NCBI RefSeq assembly: GCF_009914755.1
Contig: NC_060939.1
Strand: one strand, 5' to 3'
Source: the human T2T-CHM13v2.0 reference genome, Homo sapiens
DNA: 64,000 nt
In this document: positions 24,570 to 40,338 of the stretch, in pieces
How positions within the stretch are numbered: position 1 is the first letter of the stretch
Layout: each line of letters opens with the position of its first letter
Notes under the pieces: generated by a model
Seen by the model: the letters and a program-made list of their open reading frames with translations, nothing else
The model's database searches: none
What the model was told of the DNA's origin: nothing
Translations under genes and position numbers: made by a program

Positions 24570-24858
24570 GGGCTGGGCACGGTGGCTCACGCCTGTAATC
24601 CCAGCACTTTTGGGAGGCCAAGGTGGGTGGATCACTTGAGGTCAGGAGTTTGAGACCAGCCTGGCCAACATGGTGAAACCCCATCTCTACTAAAAATACA
24701 AAAATTAGCTGGGGATAGTGGCACGCGCCTGTAACCCCAGCTACTTGGGAGGCCAAGGCAGGAGAATTGCTTGAACCCAGAAGGCAGGGTTGCAGTGAGC
24801 CGAGATCACACCACTACACTCCAGGCTAGGCGACAAAGCAAGACTCTGTCTCCAAAAA
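24570..24858 (+). mobile_element. AluSx-like
   Basis: Full-length Alu. Confidence 0.92.
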
Positions 24859-25664
24859 GGACTCAGATGGAATTAGCCTTGTCACATATGACTTGAGGGA
24901 CCAGAAATAGGATTAGAGGACTTAATCTATAGGAAGATGGTGGCATAGGGGCGGACTCATAGAACTTCCCTGAAATAGCAAAATTAATAAAATGAAATAA
25001 AAGCAAAATATATGCCATATAAAAGAAAATAACGTAATGGGATTATTGGAGACTCATTTTTCTGTGTTATTTCTATAAAGTTTGATTATAGTATTTTTAC
25101 TGGGTGAAATGTAAAATTTAGAAAAGCATACAAAGCAAGTTTACAGTATAGTGAATAACTACAAAATAAGAACATCTGAATAACCATTACCAAAGTGACC
25201 AAGCAGAATATTGCCAGGAGTACATTCCTTCTCAATCATACGCCACCTGTAGGGGTATCCATTCTTTTGACACTTAATTTCCTTTTCCTTAAAGTTTGCA
25301 ACCTAATCAAGCCTAAGTTTCGCTTTGCCTGGTTTTGAACTTTATCAATGTACTCATTAATTCTTGGGTCTTGCTTCCTTTCCTTAACATTGAGATTTTA
25401 TCCATGTTTCATATAGCTGTAGTTCATTTATTTTATTACCTTACAGTGTTCTGTTGTATTAATGCACCACAACCTTGCCAACCGAACTTGGTCATGCTGT
25501 ATTATTGTTATTGCTAAACTTGGTTTTCTAATATTTTGTTTAGGGTCTTCTTTTTTATCAATGTTCACAGGAGAGATTGGCCTATAATTTTTCCCTTGTC
25601 ACATTGTATTTGTCAGCTTTTGGTACCAAAATTATGCTACTTTCATAATGTGAACTGAGGAATA

Positions 25665-25770
25665 TTCTTTCTCTCTCTTCGAATCCCCTGTGTTCCTCCC
25701 CTCTCCTCCCCTCCCCTCCCATCCTTTCTTTTCTCCTTTCTCCTTCCCTCCCCTCCCCTCTCCTACCTCC
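25665..25770 (+). repeat. CT-rich polypyrimidine low-complexity tract
   Basis: cctcccctcccc / ctttcttttctcc repeats. Confidence 0.8.
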
Positions 25771-27225
25771 AGCACCTCTACAGTTTCTGGCTTTTCTTGT
25801 AACAGTTTAAAGAGTCAGTTGTCAATCAAGCTCTAGACAGGTTATGTGCCTTTTTTCCTCTGGTTGGTTTTAAGATTATGTGTTTGTATATGTCTTTGGT
25901 TTAGTGTAGTTGCACAACTAGGGAATAGATTACTGTTTATCTTTTGGGGATTCACTGAGTCTCTTAATCTGTGTATTGATATCTTTCATCAGTTCTGGAA
26001 AATCTCAGCATCTCTATCTCTGCATGTTTTATTATAATATTCTGAAATGTCTGCTCAAATTACAGTTATAGTTGCTTATTCTCAATTAAGTTAAAACCAC
26101 TTCTTTTTATAGCAGTTTTAGGTTCACAGCAAAATTGAAAGAAAGTGCAAAGATATCCCATATACACCCTCCTCACACACGTGCACAGCCCCCTCCATTA
26201 TCAGCATCCCCCACCAGGGTGGTATATTTGTTACAATTGATGAACGTACGTTGACGTATCATTTTTACCCAAAGTCTGTAGTTACATTTGGGTTCACTTT
26301 TGCTGTTGTACATTCTATGGGTTTGGACACATTTATAATGACATGTGTTCATCTTTATTGTATCACACAGCACATTTTCACTGCCCTAGAAATCCTCTGT
26401 GCTTCATGTATTCTGCTCTTCTGACCCATGCCTGCCTACCCCTCGCTTAGCACACTTAAGCAACCACTGGTCTTTGTACTGTCTTCATAGTTTTGCCTTT
26501 TCCAGAGTCTTACATAGTTGGAATCATAGGATACAGCTTTTTCAGATTGGCTTCTTTCATTAATGTGCATTTCCATTTCTCCTGTTATTTTCTAGGAGTT
26601 TTACAGTTTCACATTTTACATTTAGTTCTGATCCATTTTGAATTTTTTTTTATGATCTTTTAATTTTTGAATTGTAAGGGTTTTTATTCTGGATTAAAGT
26701 CCAGGATCAGGTATATGATTTGCAAATATTTTCATTTATTATTTGAGTGTCCTTTCACTTTCATGATGGTGTCAAGAAGCACAAATTTTTAAAATTCTGA
26801 TTAGGTCCAAGTTATCTTTTTAATGTTGTTTGTGCTTCTGATGTCATATATTACATAATTCAAGGTCATAAAGATTTTACACCTAATTTTCTTCCAAGAG
26901 TTTTATAGTTTTAGCTTTTACATTTGGGGCTTTGATCCATTTTGACTTGACTTGGGTATGTGGTGTGAGATAGAGGTCTAACTTCATTCTTTGGCATGTG
27001 GATATTCAGTTATTCCAGCATTTGTTGAAAAGACTATTTCCCCATCTAATTGTTTTGGCATCCTTGTTGAAAATCAATTGACCATAAATATAAGGACCAA
27101 TTTCTGAATTCTCAAGTCTGTTACATTGATCTTTATTTGTTAGTCTTTATGCCAGTATCACACTGCCTTGAGTACTATAGCTTCTATGAAGTTTTGAAAT
27201 TAGGCATCCTCTCTCTCTCTCTCTC

Positions 27226-27596
<371 letters not shown>

Positions 27597-27962
27597 TGAT
27601 TACATCTGCCAAGCCCATATTTCCAATAAGATCACATTTACAAGTACTGGAAGTTAGGACTTCAACATATCTTTTTAGGGGACACATTTCTACCCACTAC
27701 AGATATAATTAATAGTATTTTTCCTCTCTTGTGATGTCTTTGTTTTTGGCATTAGGACCTCATAGAATGAGATGGAACGTTTTCCCTCTTATGTTTTTGA
27801 GTTTGTGAAGATTGTTTGAATTCTTTAAAGGTTTGAAATTTACCAGTGAAACCATCTGCATCTGCACATTTCTTTGTAGAAAGCTTCGATTACTAATTAA
27901 GTGTATTTAATTGTTATTGGTCTGTCCAGATTTTCTATTTCTTCTTGAGTTTGTTTTGGTAG

Positions 27963-28374
27963 TTTATTAGGGCTCTCTCAGAGGGACAGAACTAATAGGA
28001 TGGATATATATATATATATATAGGTGAGTTTATTAAATAGTAACTTACACGATCACAAGGTTCCACAATAGGTTGTCTGCAAGCTGAGGAGCAAGGAGAG
28101 CCAATCCGGGTTCTAGGGCAAGAAGCATCCTACATGGAATAAAGATGTAGGTGCGGAGGCTAGGCCCATCTTTCCTTTTTCACATTTTTCTGCCTGCTTT
28201 ATATTTGCTGGAAGCTGATTAGATTGTGCCCACCGGATTAAGAGTGGATTTGCCTTCCCCAGCCCACTGACTCAAATGTTAATCTCTTTTGGCAACACCC
28301 ACACAGACACACCCAGGATTAATACTTTGTATCCCTCAATCCAATCAAGTTGACACTCAGTATTAACCATCACA
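27963..28374 (-). mobile_element. MLT2A (ERVL) solo LTR
   Basis: agggacagaactaatagga(ta)n ... gacactcagtattaaccatcaca; 5-bp TSD ggtag. Confidence 0.85.
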
Positions 28375-28449
28375 GGTAGTTTGTGTCTTTTTAGAAATTT
28401 CTCCCTTTCATCTAGGTTATCTAATTTCTTGGCATACGCTTGTTGATAG

Positions 28450-28835
<386 letters not shown>

Positions 28836-30149
28836 TGATTTTAGTAATCTGAGTCTTCTCTCTTTTATTCTTGGTTAGTCAAGATAAAGATTCATTACTT
28901 TTATTGATATTTTCAAGAATCAAAAGTGGTTTTGATTTTTCTGCTTTTTATATTCTCTACTTCATTTATTGCCACTCTGATTTATATTATTTTCTTTCTC
29001 ATTGCTTTAGTTTTAGTTTGCTTTTCATTTTCTAGTTTCTTAAGGTAGAGGATTAGATTATTAAATTGAGATTTTTCTTTTCTTTTTAAATATGGGCCTT
29101 TACAGTTATAAGTAAGAAGTAAAAAAGAAAATAAACTGGTTTTCTAGGAGGTGGAAGCCTTATGCTAATGAGGCTTGGTTCCTGAGCTCATTGAGCTTTG
29201 CATTCCCATTTGCTAGATTCCTGCTGGGGGCAAAGGGAGACCAGGGAAGTGTCTTTTTCTAAAGGCAAGTTCTTCTGCACTAGAAAGGAAACCAAAGTTA
29301 TTTACTTATGGCCAAGGAGAAGACCTTATGATTTTCAGATTAACTAATAATTGAATAGTAGTAACCATTTTGCCAGTCTTAGTAATTTCCCAGCAGAAAT
29401 CAGGCAGTTGTCTTCTTTCTTGACAGTCTGCCTCACTCACTAATGATGCCCACTGTTCATTCCTGTCCTTGGTGCTATATGTACATCAGAAGAGAAATAA
29501 CAGGAAGTCTTCTAAAGATGAATCTGATGCTCCATCAATTAATTGACTTCAGTGGGGCTATTTGCAGAGGAAGCAACATAGTATTATTTAAACAGTTGGC
29601 TTGGCTGGGCAAGGAGGCCAGGGCCTGAGATCTGAGTTTCATAGCACCTTCCCTTCACAGTACTATACTTCCTGGCCATTTCCATCCCACCTTGCAGGAA
29701 ATTGGTACCTCAACTTCTTTTTCATCTTTTCATATTTTATCAATGGAAGAATAGGGTAGGCTGGAGGGCCAAGATATGCAGACACCTGGAGTGTTGTGAA
29801 GCGAGTACATGAGAGATTGGGGTTAATGGGCCTTGAACATAACTGGCAAAATTAAATGAGTATTGAATAGTCCAAGTAGTCACATAGAAAGCATTCTCAG
29901 CAGAACTCCTACCCCAATCCCCTTGTGTTGACTGTCTGTTGACTGTCCCCAGACCACCTATGTCTTACTTGCCCTTCTTTCCCCCTGCGTCTTCACCTCC
30001 AGCAGGGCTCCCTGGTAGGACGGTACCAATAGTTCATACTATCTATGCCATCCAGCTTCCTTTCTCTCCCTACTGTTTATTTCTACTACATACCCTAAGG
30101 TAGTGGGGATCGCCTATCAGTTACCAGAACTGCAGATTACATAGGATAA

Positions 30150-30435
30150 AAGTAACTCACGAATGGAAAACCAAACATCGTATGTTCTCACTGATATGTG
30201 GGAGCTAAGCTATGAGGACGCAAAAGCAGTAGAATGATACAATGGACTTTGGGGACTCGGGGGGAAGAGTGGGAGCAGGGAGAGGGATAAAAGACTCTAC
30301 ACTACAGAGGGTGCAGCATATACTGCTCGGGTAATGGGTGCACCAAAATATCACAAATCACCGCTAAAGAACTTACTCATGTAACCAAATACCACCTGTA
30401 CCCAAATAACATATGGACAAATAAAATAAAAAAAT
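30150..30435 (+). mobile_element. L1PB-like 3' end
   Basis: gaatggaaaaccaaacatcgtatgttctcact...gaacttactcatgtaaccaaa plus A tail. Confidence 0.85.
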
Positions 30436-30469
30436 TTAAAAATCATATGGGCCAAAATTCAATTATAAG

Positions 30470-30824
30470 ATGGTCAGCCCTCTGTATCTACGGGTTTTGT
30501 GTCTGTGAATTCAACCAACCATGGATCAAAAATATTTGAAAAAAGAAATAGGTGGTGTGCCTGTACTAAACGTGCAGACTTTTTTTCCTCTTGTTATTCT
30601 TGCCTAACCAATACAGCATAACAACTTTTTGCATAGCATTTACATTGTATTGGGTATTATAAGTAATCTGGAAATGATTTAAAGTATACAGGAGGATATG
30701 CATAGGTTCTATGAATATGACACAATTTTATATAAGGTACTTGAGCATTCTAGGATTTTGGTATCTGCAGGGGGCAGAGAGATCTCCCGGAACCAATCCC
30801 CAGTGGATACTGAGGGACCACTGT
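30470..30824. mobile_element. Tigger3a/MER7-like DNA transposon
   Basis: TIRs ggtcagccctctgtatc ... gatactgagggaccactgta. Confidence 0.75.
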
Positions 30825-31020
30825 ATTAGCAGTAATATTTATAGATTCACAGAATATCTCCGGACATAGAGAAAACTTTACACACAAAATCCATGCTAAC
30901 AAGCATGTGAACATTCTAGTAAAGATAATAGTATAATTCTTGATCAAGCATTTAAAACCATTTCATCTTCCATTCATTAATGTAAAATATATAGTTTTAT
31001 TGGTAACTGACCTAGTCCTT

Positions 31021-31318
31021 TTATTTTTATTTATTTATTTGTTTATTTATTTATTTGAGACAGAGTCTCACTCTGTCGCCCAGGCTGGAGTGCAGTGGTG
31101 TGATCTCGGCTCACTGCAACCTCGGCCTCCTGGGTTCACATGATTCTCCTGGAGAATTACAGGCACCCGCCACCATGCCCAGCTAATTTTTGTATTTTTA
31201 ATGGAGACTGAGTTTCACCATGTTGGCTAGGCTGGTCTTGAACTCCTGACCTCAGGTGATCCACCCGCCTCGGCCTCCCAGAGTGCTAGGATTACAGGTG
31301 TGAGCCACCATGCCAGGC
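31021..31318 (-). mobile_element. AluSx-like
   Basis: (ttta)n tail; TSD tgacct(a/g)gtcctttta. Confidence 0.92.
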
Positions 31319-31732
31319 TGACCTGGTCCTTTTAGCTGAGAAATACCATCTAGTATTATCATCCTAAGAAGAGAGCTGAAATGGGGAGGAGTAACTTCTC
31401 AAAAGGGAAGATAAAATGCCTTTTGTGAAAAGATGCTTCTCCACTGGAGATGGGTATGTAAGCAATGTTTTGATGTTGCTCTTTTTCTTACTGAAAAGGG
31501 AATGAAAAAATGGAAAAGAAATTATAACTGAAACAAATTTTCACTGGAAGAATTATCTCAAGAAGCATATGATTAAAAAATATTAAAAAGTCTTTCATGG
31601 CAACTAAACACATTTAAGTTGGGAAGATTCTAAAAGATCCAGGATATCTCATAAAGAGGATATCTCATAAAGAAAAAGTCTAATAACTACGAGAGCAAGA
31701 TTAGAGAGAAGAGTTAAGATTAACAAACTACC

Positions 31733-32041
<309 letters not shown>

Positions 32042-32186
32042 TTATGTCTAGGTTTGATCATATGTTTTCAAAATGGGTTTACCTATGAGTAAAGAAACTT
32101 CTAGGAGAATATATATCAAAATGATGATATCTTTGGCTGTTGGAATTGTAGGTAATTTTTTCCTTTTTGCATGATCTATATTTTAA

Positions 32187-32499
<313 letters not shown>

Positions 32500-32894
32500 T
32501 ATTTTAACATTTTTTAAACATGAAAACTATATTACTTGACTAAGAAACGATTAAAATTTTATTATAAAATACTTTTGTTAAATTTGTATTGCATTTACTG
32601 CTTTAACAAATACTTTTAATATTGAAAATATATGGGAACATTATAAATTACAAATTTTGAAGTAAAAAATGAGCCTGATCTAATGAAAAAAATAGTAACT
32701 TTGGGAGTTTTACATCTGAGTTTAAGCTCTGTTCTTTTACTAACTAAAATATCTTCAATAAATAAAGTAAACTTCCAGATCCTCAATTTTTATCATAAAA
32801 TAAAGAGAGTCGGTCGGATAATCTCGGTAGTCTTCTCCCCCTCTCCCGTTTTACGAATCTTGAATAAGACCAGACTGTACAGCCGTGGCAAATT

Positions 32895-32913
32895 ACTGCC
32901 ACCTGGTGGCAGT
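32895..32913 (-). promoter_or_regulatory. CTCF core motif (palindromic)
   Basis: Minus strand reads TGCCACCAGGTGGCAG, in unique sequence with locally retained CpGs. Confidence 0.7.
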
Positions 32914-33069
32914 TATCTAAGGTGAGCTAGCTGTATTTAAGGGATAGAATCACCATCATTCATGCATACTTGTGTTTGCCTAGCATCTATGTGCCAGGCA
33001 AGTGTCAGCATTATTGTTTATCCAATTTAGTGTTTTTCTAGATGATGTAGGTGAAACAACCAAGACATA

Positions 33070-33250
33070 AGCTGTGACATGCTAGCTGTGTGACCTTAAG
33101 GACATCATCTAACCTCTTGAGTCTGCCTTTCCATCTGAAAAATAAAGTTAATAATATCCACCTTACATTATTAGAAGACCTAGAGATGATAGGTGTAAAG
33201 TATCTTACACAGTCCATGGCAAAAGTATTTAGTCAATAAATGGTAGTAGT
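33070..33250 (+). mobile_element. MIR
   Basis: ctagctgtgtgaccttaagg...tctaacctc...catctgaaaaa. Confidence 0.6.
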
Positions 33251-33641
33251 TATCCTTAGGAAGGTTACCATCTGTAGCAGGGGAAATAAGACAAATATAG
33301 GCATCTGTGCAAATATAGGTAGTGTGACATATATGATGTGCATGAAAATACAAAGAGGGCATGAGGTATATTCAAGAAATGGCAAAACCAAAGTTCCAAT
33401 GGACTGGAGTATAAAGGACATGTAGGGAATTGTTGGTAACTCTTCTGGAATGGTAGGTTGCAGATCTGCTCTAGAGGGTCCTAAACGTCAAGGAGGCAAT
33501 GGCCAGTCACAGAAGAGTTTTGGACTAAGAATAATATCACTAGAGCTGAGCTTCAGCAATACTGATATTAATCAAATGTCTGACAATGAGGTTAAGAAGC
33601 CAGGTAATGAGCACAGAGGATGGCAAAAGAAAGGTGGGTGG

Positions 33642-33995
33642 AGACCGAGCGTGGTGGCTCACATCTGTAATCAAAGCACCTCGGGAGACTGAGGTGGGCA
33701 AATTGCTTGTGCCCAGGAGTTCAAGACCAGCATAAGCAACATAGCGAAACCTAGTCTCTAAAAAAATTAGCCAGGCATGATGGCTCACACTTGTAGTCCC
33801 AGCTACTCGGGAGGCTGAGAGATGGGAAGATCACTTAAGCCCAGGAAGTTGAGGATGCAGACCTTTGGTAATTACCCCAGGCAACGAGGCTGTTTTACAA
33901 TGCGGCATAATCATGCCACTGCACTCCAGCCTGGGCAACAAAGTGAGACTCTGTCTCAAAAAAAAAAAAAAAAAAGAAAAAAAAGAAAAGAAAAG
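33642..33995 (+). mobile_element. AluJ-like with a 40-bp non-Alu insert
   Basis: Alu body interrupted at 33861-33900. Confidence 0.9.
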
Positions 33996-34007
33996 AAAGA
34001 AAGATGG

Positions 34008-34362
<355 letters not shown>

Positions 34363-36143
34363 TTACAAATGAACTACCTGAGACAAAGGGAAACTAAGAA
34401 GTATTTGGTGTCAGGACACCAACCAGCCATAGCAGTTGTAGGACTAAACTCCAGGGTTCCTGGCCTGGGTCTAAAACCCTTTCCCCATCCATGAAAGGCA
34501 TTAGCCCAAATTTCTACTGAGGTCTGAACCAAATATGAGTTTGGCCTTCGAATCACACATTGTTCAATACATAGGATAGTAACTCTTTGTGACTATTTTC
34601 TAATGTGCCATGGGCTAGAGAGGAAATACGACAAAATACTTTTCTACAAGGTCATTCACTTTGAGTATCAGAAAGAACATTCTACTTAGAATAAAATAAA
34701 ATCCCAAGTGTGCCCATTTTAAAATCCCTGTGGGATTTATAATGGCTTAACTTTTAGTTGAGAAGAAATTTTTTTTTTTTCTGGCATCTTAGAGAAGCAG
34801 ACAGAGAAGCAGAGGTGATGCTTTGACAAATAGTAGCATAGATCAGGATAAATGACAGGAAGCTCTCATAAAATATACTTCGATGAGAGCAAAGGCAAAT
34901 AATGATATAATGCCCTGCAGCTACATGTTTGAAATGGAAATGTTTGGAATGAGGATGTTAGGGAAAATAATATTAGAAAAAGACTAATGCTGTATGAGGT
35001 TCCTGTCAGATGAGGAGTGTAGGATAATTGTGTAATAGTGAAATAATATGGTTTAGAAAAAAGAAGGTGCTGTTGACTGAGACTGTTTGATTATCATAGA
35101 AGAGATGAAACACTTTTTCATAGTCAGAAAAATCAATATACAGCCCAAGAAGAGAAGTCGTTTGATGATAAGGCAATAAAAACTTCAAAGGGCAAGTTAA
35201 AAATGTTTCCTAATTCATTTCAGCCTAAACTGATCCCTGCGCCCGTCTCACACTGTCCGCCAGCTCTTTTGCTGAAGTATGTTACCCTTTCTCCTTGGAA
35301 TCATTACCCGGTCTCCTTGGAATGGAAACTGTGTCAGACTCCAGGGGTGAGTGGGAGGGAAAATGGTGCTCGCAGAAAGAGAGGAAGTGTTTTTTCAATT
35401 TAGAGCTAGAAGTAAGTGCTGACATTGTCTCATGTGTGTTTGGGGACAATGGCACAGGCCAGCGGTAACACATCCACTTTTCTGTGTCCCTTGCTCAGAT
35501 GTGTTTGGCATGAGGCTGCAAAAGCCACGGCTACTTTATCGCACCCCAAATCTCTGAATCTCTTTTCTCCCTCCTGGGAATGTGAAATATGGACAACATG
35601 CAGTTTCTACCTTGTATTGTTAACATAATTATCCAGATGAATTCTCTTATTATTTCCCCACACATATTTTGAAACAAAAAATCCTTTCCCTTACGAAACT
35701 TCACTTCCTTTCTTCAGACTCACACCTTCTGTGGGGTTTGAACATTAACCTCAGCTGACTTCAGAGCTGCACTAAGCAAAGCCTGTGTTTTCTAGGCCAA
35801 AGTAGACAAAGTGAAGTGAAAGGAGCTGTTGCCAGTTGATGCTGACGAAGGTAGAAGAGAGGCTGGGTACTCACGCTAGGTTCCACCCCCTGCACCGCCC
35901 TCTCCCCCAGTACAGCTCATCTGGGAGTTCAGATTCCTCAGCCTTCTAGGTCACCTCTGATGAGCAGGGGCTGTGAGAACTGCTTAGCCTTTTGGCTACT
36001 GTAGTGTGGTTGGGAGAGAAAATACGTATTAATATTATTACTTAAAGATAGTTTTATTTGTGTCTATATTGAACATCTCTTGTTTAGAAGGCAAAATAAT
36101 CATCTGCCTGCCACATTTTACTTCGTAGGCATAGAGTATCACC

Positions 36144-36439
36144 TTTTTTTTTTTTTTGAGACAGAGTCTTGCTCTGTTGCCCAGGCTGGAGTGCAGTGGC
36201 ACGATTTCGGTTCACTGCAACTTCTGCTTCCTGGGTTCAAGAGATTCTCCTGCCTCAGCCTCCTGAGTAGTTGAAATTACAGGTGTCCGCCACCATGCCT
36301 GGCTAATTTTTGTATTTTTAGTAGAGGCGGGGTTTCACCATGTTGGCGAGACTGGTCTCAAATCCCTGGCCTCAAGTGATCCACCCGCCTCGGCCTCCCA
36401 AGTGCTGGGATTACAGGCGTGAGCCACCGCGCCCAGCCA
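36144..36439 (-). mobile_element. AluS
   Basis: TSD agagtatca(c/t)cttt. Confidence 0.92.
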
Positions 36440-37382
36440 GAGTATCATCTTTTAAACTGCTTTGTTCTAATATAATTATCTGTGTCCAAATTTTAGAATT
36501 GATTTTCATAACTTAAATTAGAATACAAATAATAAAAGGAAGAGAGCTAACATTTTTTAAGTGCTATATACACCAGGTGCTATTCTAGTTGTGTTCCTTT
36601 TACCTGAATGAGGTATTGTAAACCTAGGGGCAGAATTTACTCTTAGGGTGAAAACTGGTCTCTTTATTTTTAGGGAGTCAGCAAGCCATTCTGATGGGCT
36701 ACTCAAATGTTAGAGTAGGATCTCAGAGCTCAAGGGCTTGTTTGGGCAGGCTGAGAAGGAGAGGCAGAGAGATGTGAGGGACTCAGGAGTTGGTGGCAGG
36801 GGTGGTTAGCAGGGGGCAGGAACGCCAAAATATGGTAGGAGGCTAATCAGAGAAAGGACCAGTGAGAAATTTCCTGCATCAAGGAGTGCCAAGACACTTC
36901 TTCTAAATTTATATTATGGAAATTTCTAGCATATACAAAAGCAGAATGAGAAGTATAATGAACCCCGTGTAATCATCACTCAGCTTTAACAATGATCCTC
37001 TCATAGCTGATTTTGTTTCTTCCGTATCCCTACCTACTTGCCCACTCCCAATCCCCAGTGAATTATTTTGAAACAAATCCCAGACATTGTATCACTTCAC
37101 AGATTACATTTTAATCTGTTTTCCGAGCTATCTGTACGGTAGCTCCCCTCTTATTACCCAAACTTCAGTCAAATCCACTCCTTTAGTGTCAGTGGGACTT
37201 TAGAGGGGGACTAAAAGCAAAAGAGTTTGCATCTGGGCCAAAATGGGTGAAGAAAAAGTAGTGAGAAGCCTGATGCGCAGCCGAGATTAAGAATAAGCAG
37301 AGCTCCTGAGAATCCTTGAAAAGATTGGAGGTGAAGGGATGCTAGTTCTTCCATAGAAGTCAGATGGGAGTTTTATATAGTA

Positions 37383-37388
37383 GTGTGT

Positions 37389-37419
<31 letters not shown>
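37383..37419 (+). repeat. (TG)n microsatellite
   Basis: About 18 units with one interruption. Confidence 0.95.
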
Positions 37420-37828
37420 CTGTTATTAAAATGAAGAGTGACTCTGGAAGACTGGAAGACTTGGGGACAGCCAGACAGCTGGCGTTTGGGTTACAGTTGC
37501 ATTTTCCAAGTTTCCTTTCCTTGCAAGGAAAGAAAATACTAAATTTAAACACCATCTTTCAATTTCTCAGTCAATAATTTCCTTTTCTGTCTCTTTCACA
37601 AATGCAGTTTCAAGACATCAATGCAAGGCATTTATTTTCTACGGCGCCTTTCAGAAACATGAAATCACTGAAGGAGCGTTGTTAAGCAATTCCAATCCCA
37701 ATTAGGTTTGCAGCTGATGTCTACGTAGCCTTGTTTAAGTTACTATTCTTTAACAACTTGTGGTGTAACTAGCAAAAATTGTAAAAAGTGGACCTAGATT
37801 CTTGCAAAATTACCCTGTAGCGTTCTCA

Positions 37829-38216
<388 letters not shown>

Positions 38217-40338
38217 GATGATAGATAAACAGAGGAATTTGGGATTTGAAATGTCATCTTCTCTTAAGATGCATCTAGACAGTTGATAATTGCCCAAATA
38301 AGTTTAATATGGGATAGACTGCGAACTTTTTTTGCATGCAGATAGCATGAGTTATAGCTATTTCCTTATTTATATTCTAATAGAAAAAGAATTTTTCTTT
38401 GAGAAAAGAAAATGGCAACTTTACTATCTTTATCAGATGCGTTTCTGTCTTAAAAAAAGACCGAGGCTGTATGTGGGAAACAAAAATTATAACCAACATT
38501 AAGACAATATGTTGTTGAAAATACTGCTATCTAGAGGCCTTAGGAAATAGTATCTAGCAACCACTAGATGTCACTTGATGTTTGCTTTTTTGTAAAAGGT
38601 AGTTTTTTTGTTTTGTTTTTGTTTTTTCATAGTTTATCTGCAATTATAAGTCTACAATTCTCAATGGGTCCAAGCTGGCAGAAAACAAAATGCTGCAATA
38701 TTTGAGTGAAAGCAGGCAAAAGTCATTAGATGAGAACAATGATTTTAACTTTAAATAAGATTTGGGTGGTTGCAGGGTTTGTATAATCTCTCCTGGCATT
38801 TGTAAGGACCAGAGAAGCCAGCAGCTTTGCCCTCCTGCTGTGTTTAAACAAAAATGGAAAATTGTAATGAACAGCTAGATTTTTCCTATCTTTCATTTTT
38901 TTCTTCCTCCTCCTTCCCCATTTTTAGGAGAATGTGACTTTTAAAATGATTGCCCTTTAATGAGGTTACTTGCAGCATTTTAAGATCAATCCTTCTTTGT
39001 TCAAATTTCTACCCACAAATCAAAACTGTTTTAATCTTCATTATCTCAGTAAAGCGCATGTGACAAAAGTAAATGGAGAAGACGTCTAGAAATGTTGTGA
39101 GGGTTCTCTGGGGTTATCCACTTCCTGTATTTGCTAAAACTCTAATAATCAGTTCCAGTAGAGACCATGTATCCTGGGGTTTTGTTTTGTGTAACAGCTA
39201 TTTGTTTATTTTTTTTAACTGTCATTGTATTTTGGCTTCATGATGGTTAAATGAGTCTCCGTATTAAGTAAACCTCTCTGACCCTGCCTATTTCCTGTCT
39301 TGTCAAACCTTTCCTTGTAAGAATAACAGTGTTCTTTTATTTGGTAGTGTGCAGCATGATGTTTTTGGCATGGCCAACATTTTTGACTTGCAAAAATTTG
39401 TGACCTCAAGTGTGAGAGAAGTGAATGCTTTTTTCGGTACCTCATGGGGTCTCAATCTTAAAAAGTATCTTACGAAAGAATTATCAGCATGTTTATTTCC
39501 CAAACATCACAAATAAACAAATAGAAATAGCTTTTTTTAATAAGCTACTAAAAATATTAAACCAATGAATACTTGGTGAACATTTTGCTGCTACTAAACT
39601 TACATAATTTCTCAAACTGGCCTAGCTATATGAAGACACAGAGCTTTTATCATGTTCTGTCTAGTAATTCATATTTTTGAAAACATATTTTCAAACCAAA
39701 ACACATTGTATGTGAGTGGAGTATGGCTATTCCAAGTCACAGAATGGAAGAAATATCTTTGTTGCCTCATCCTTATATACCTAGGTCTATTTAGTTCTGA
39801 AATGGATTCTATAAGATAAGAACCATCAAAATCAAAAGTCTCAATCAAATGCACCTCCTTTTTTTAAGGTAGCTAGCCATTTGCTAGCATTTTTCTCTTA
39901 TCTTTTGGTTTATTTTTCAATAATGTGGACATTATGAGAATAAAATCATGGTAAACATCTCTTGCATTTAAAGATTGACAACTGCTAAATATTAATTTTG
40001 AAATATTGATAACTAATTAGAATCTGAAGAAAATAGATTGTGTTGATTTGAAGGTGTCATGAATAAATTCTTATAATCACATAGCAGTAGTTCTGAAAGT
40101 CTTGGCTAACAAAAATCTAAATATCTGCAGCAAATGGAATTTGATAAAAGTACCACCAACTAGTAGTTTTTTGTTTTTTATCATTGGCTAGAAATATAGT
40201 TCTAATAAAGAGCCTGTGATGTATAGGCAGTAACAAAGAAAAAGCTGAGGACTAAAAAGATACATTCATCATTCTAGTATGGAATATTTTTTCTCAAAAT
40301 GTCTGAAACACAGAACTATAAGCTTAATTTAAGATTTT

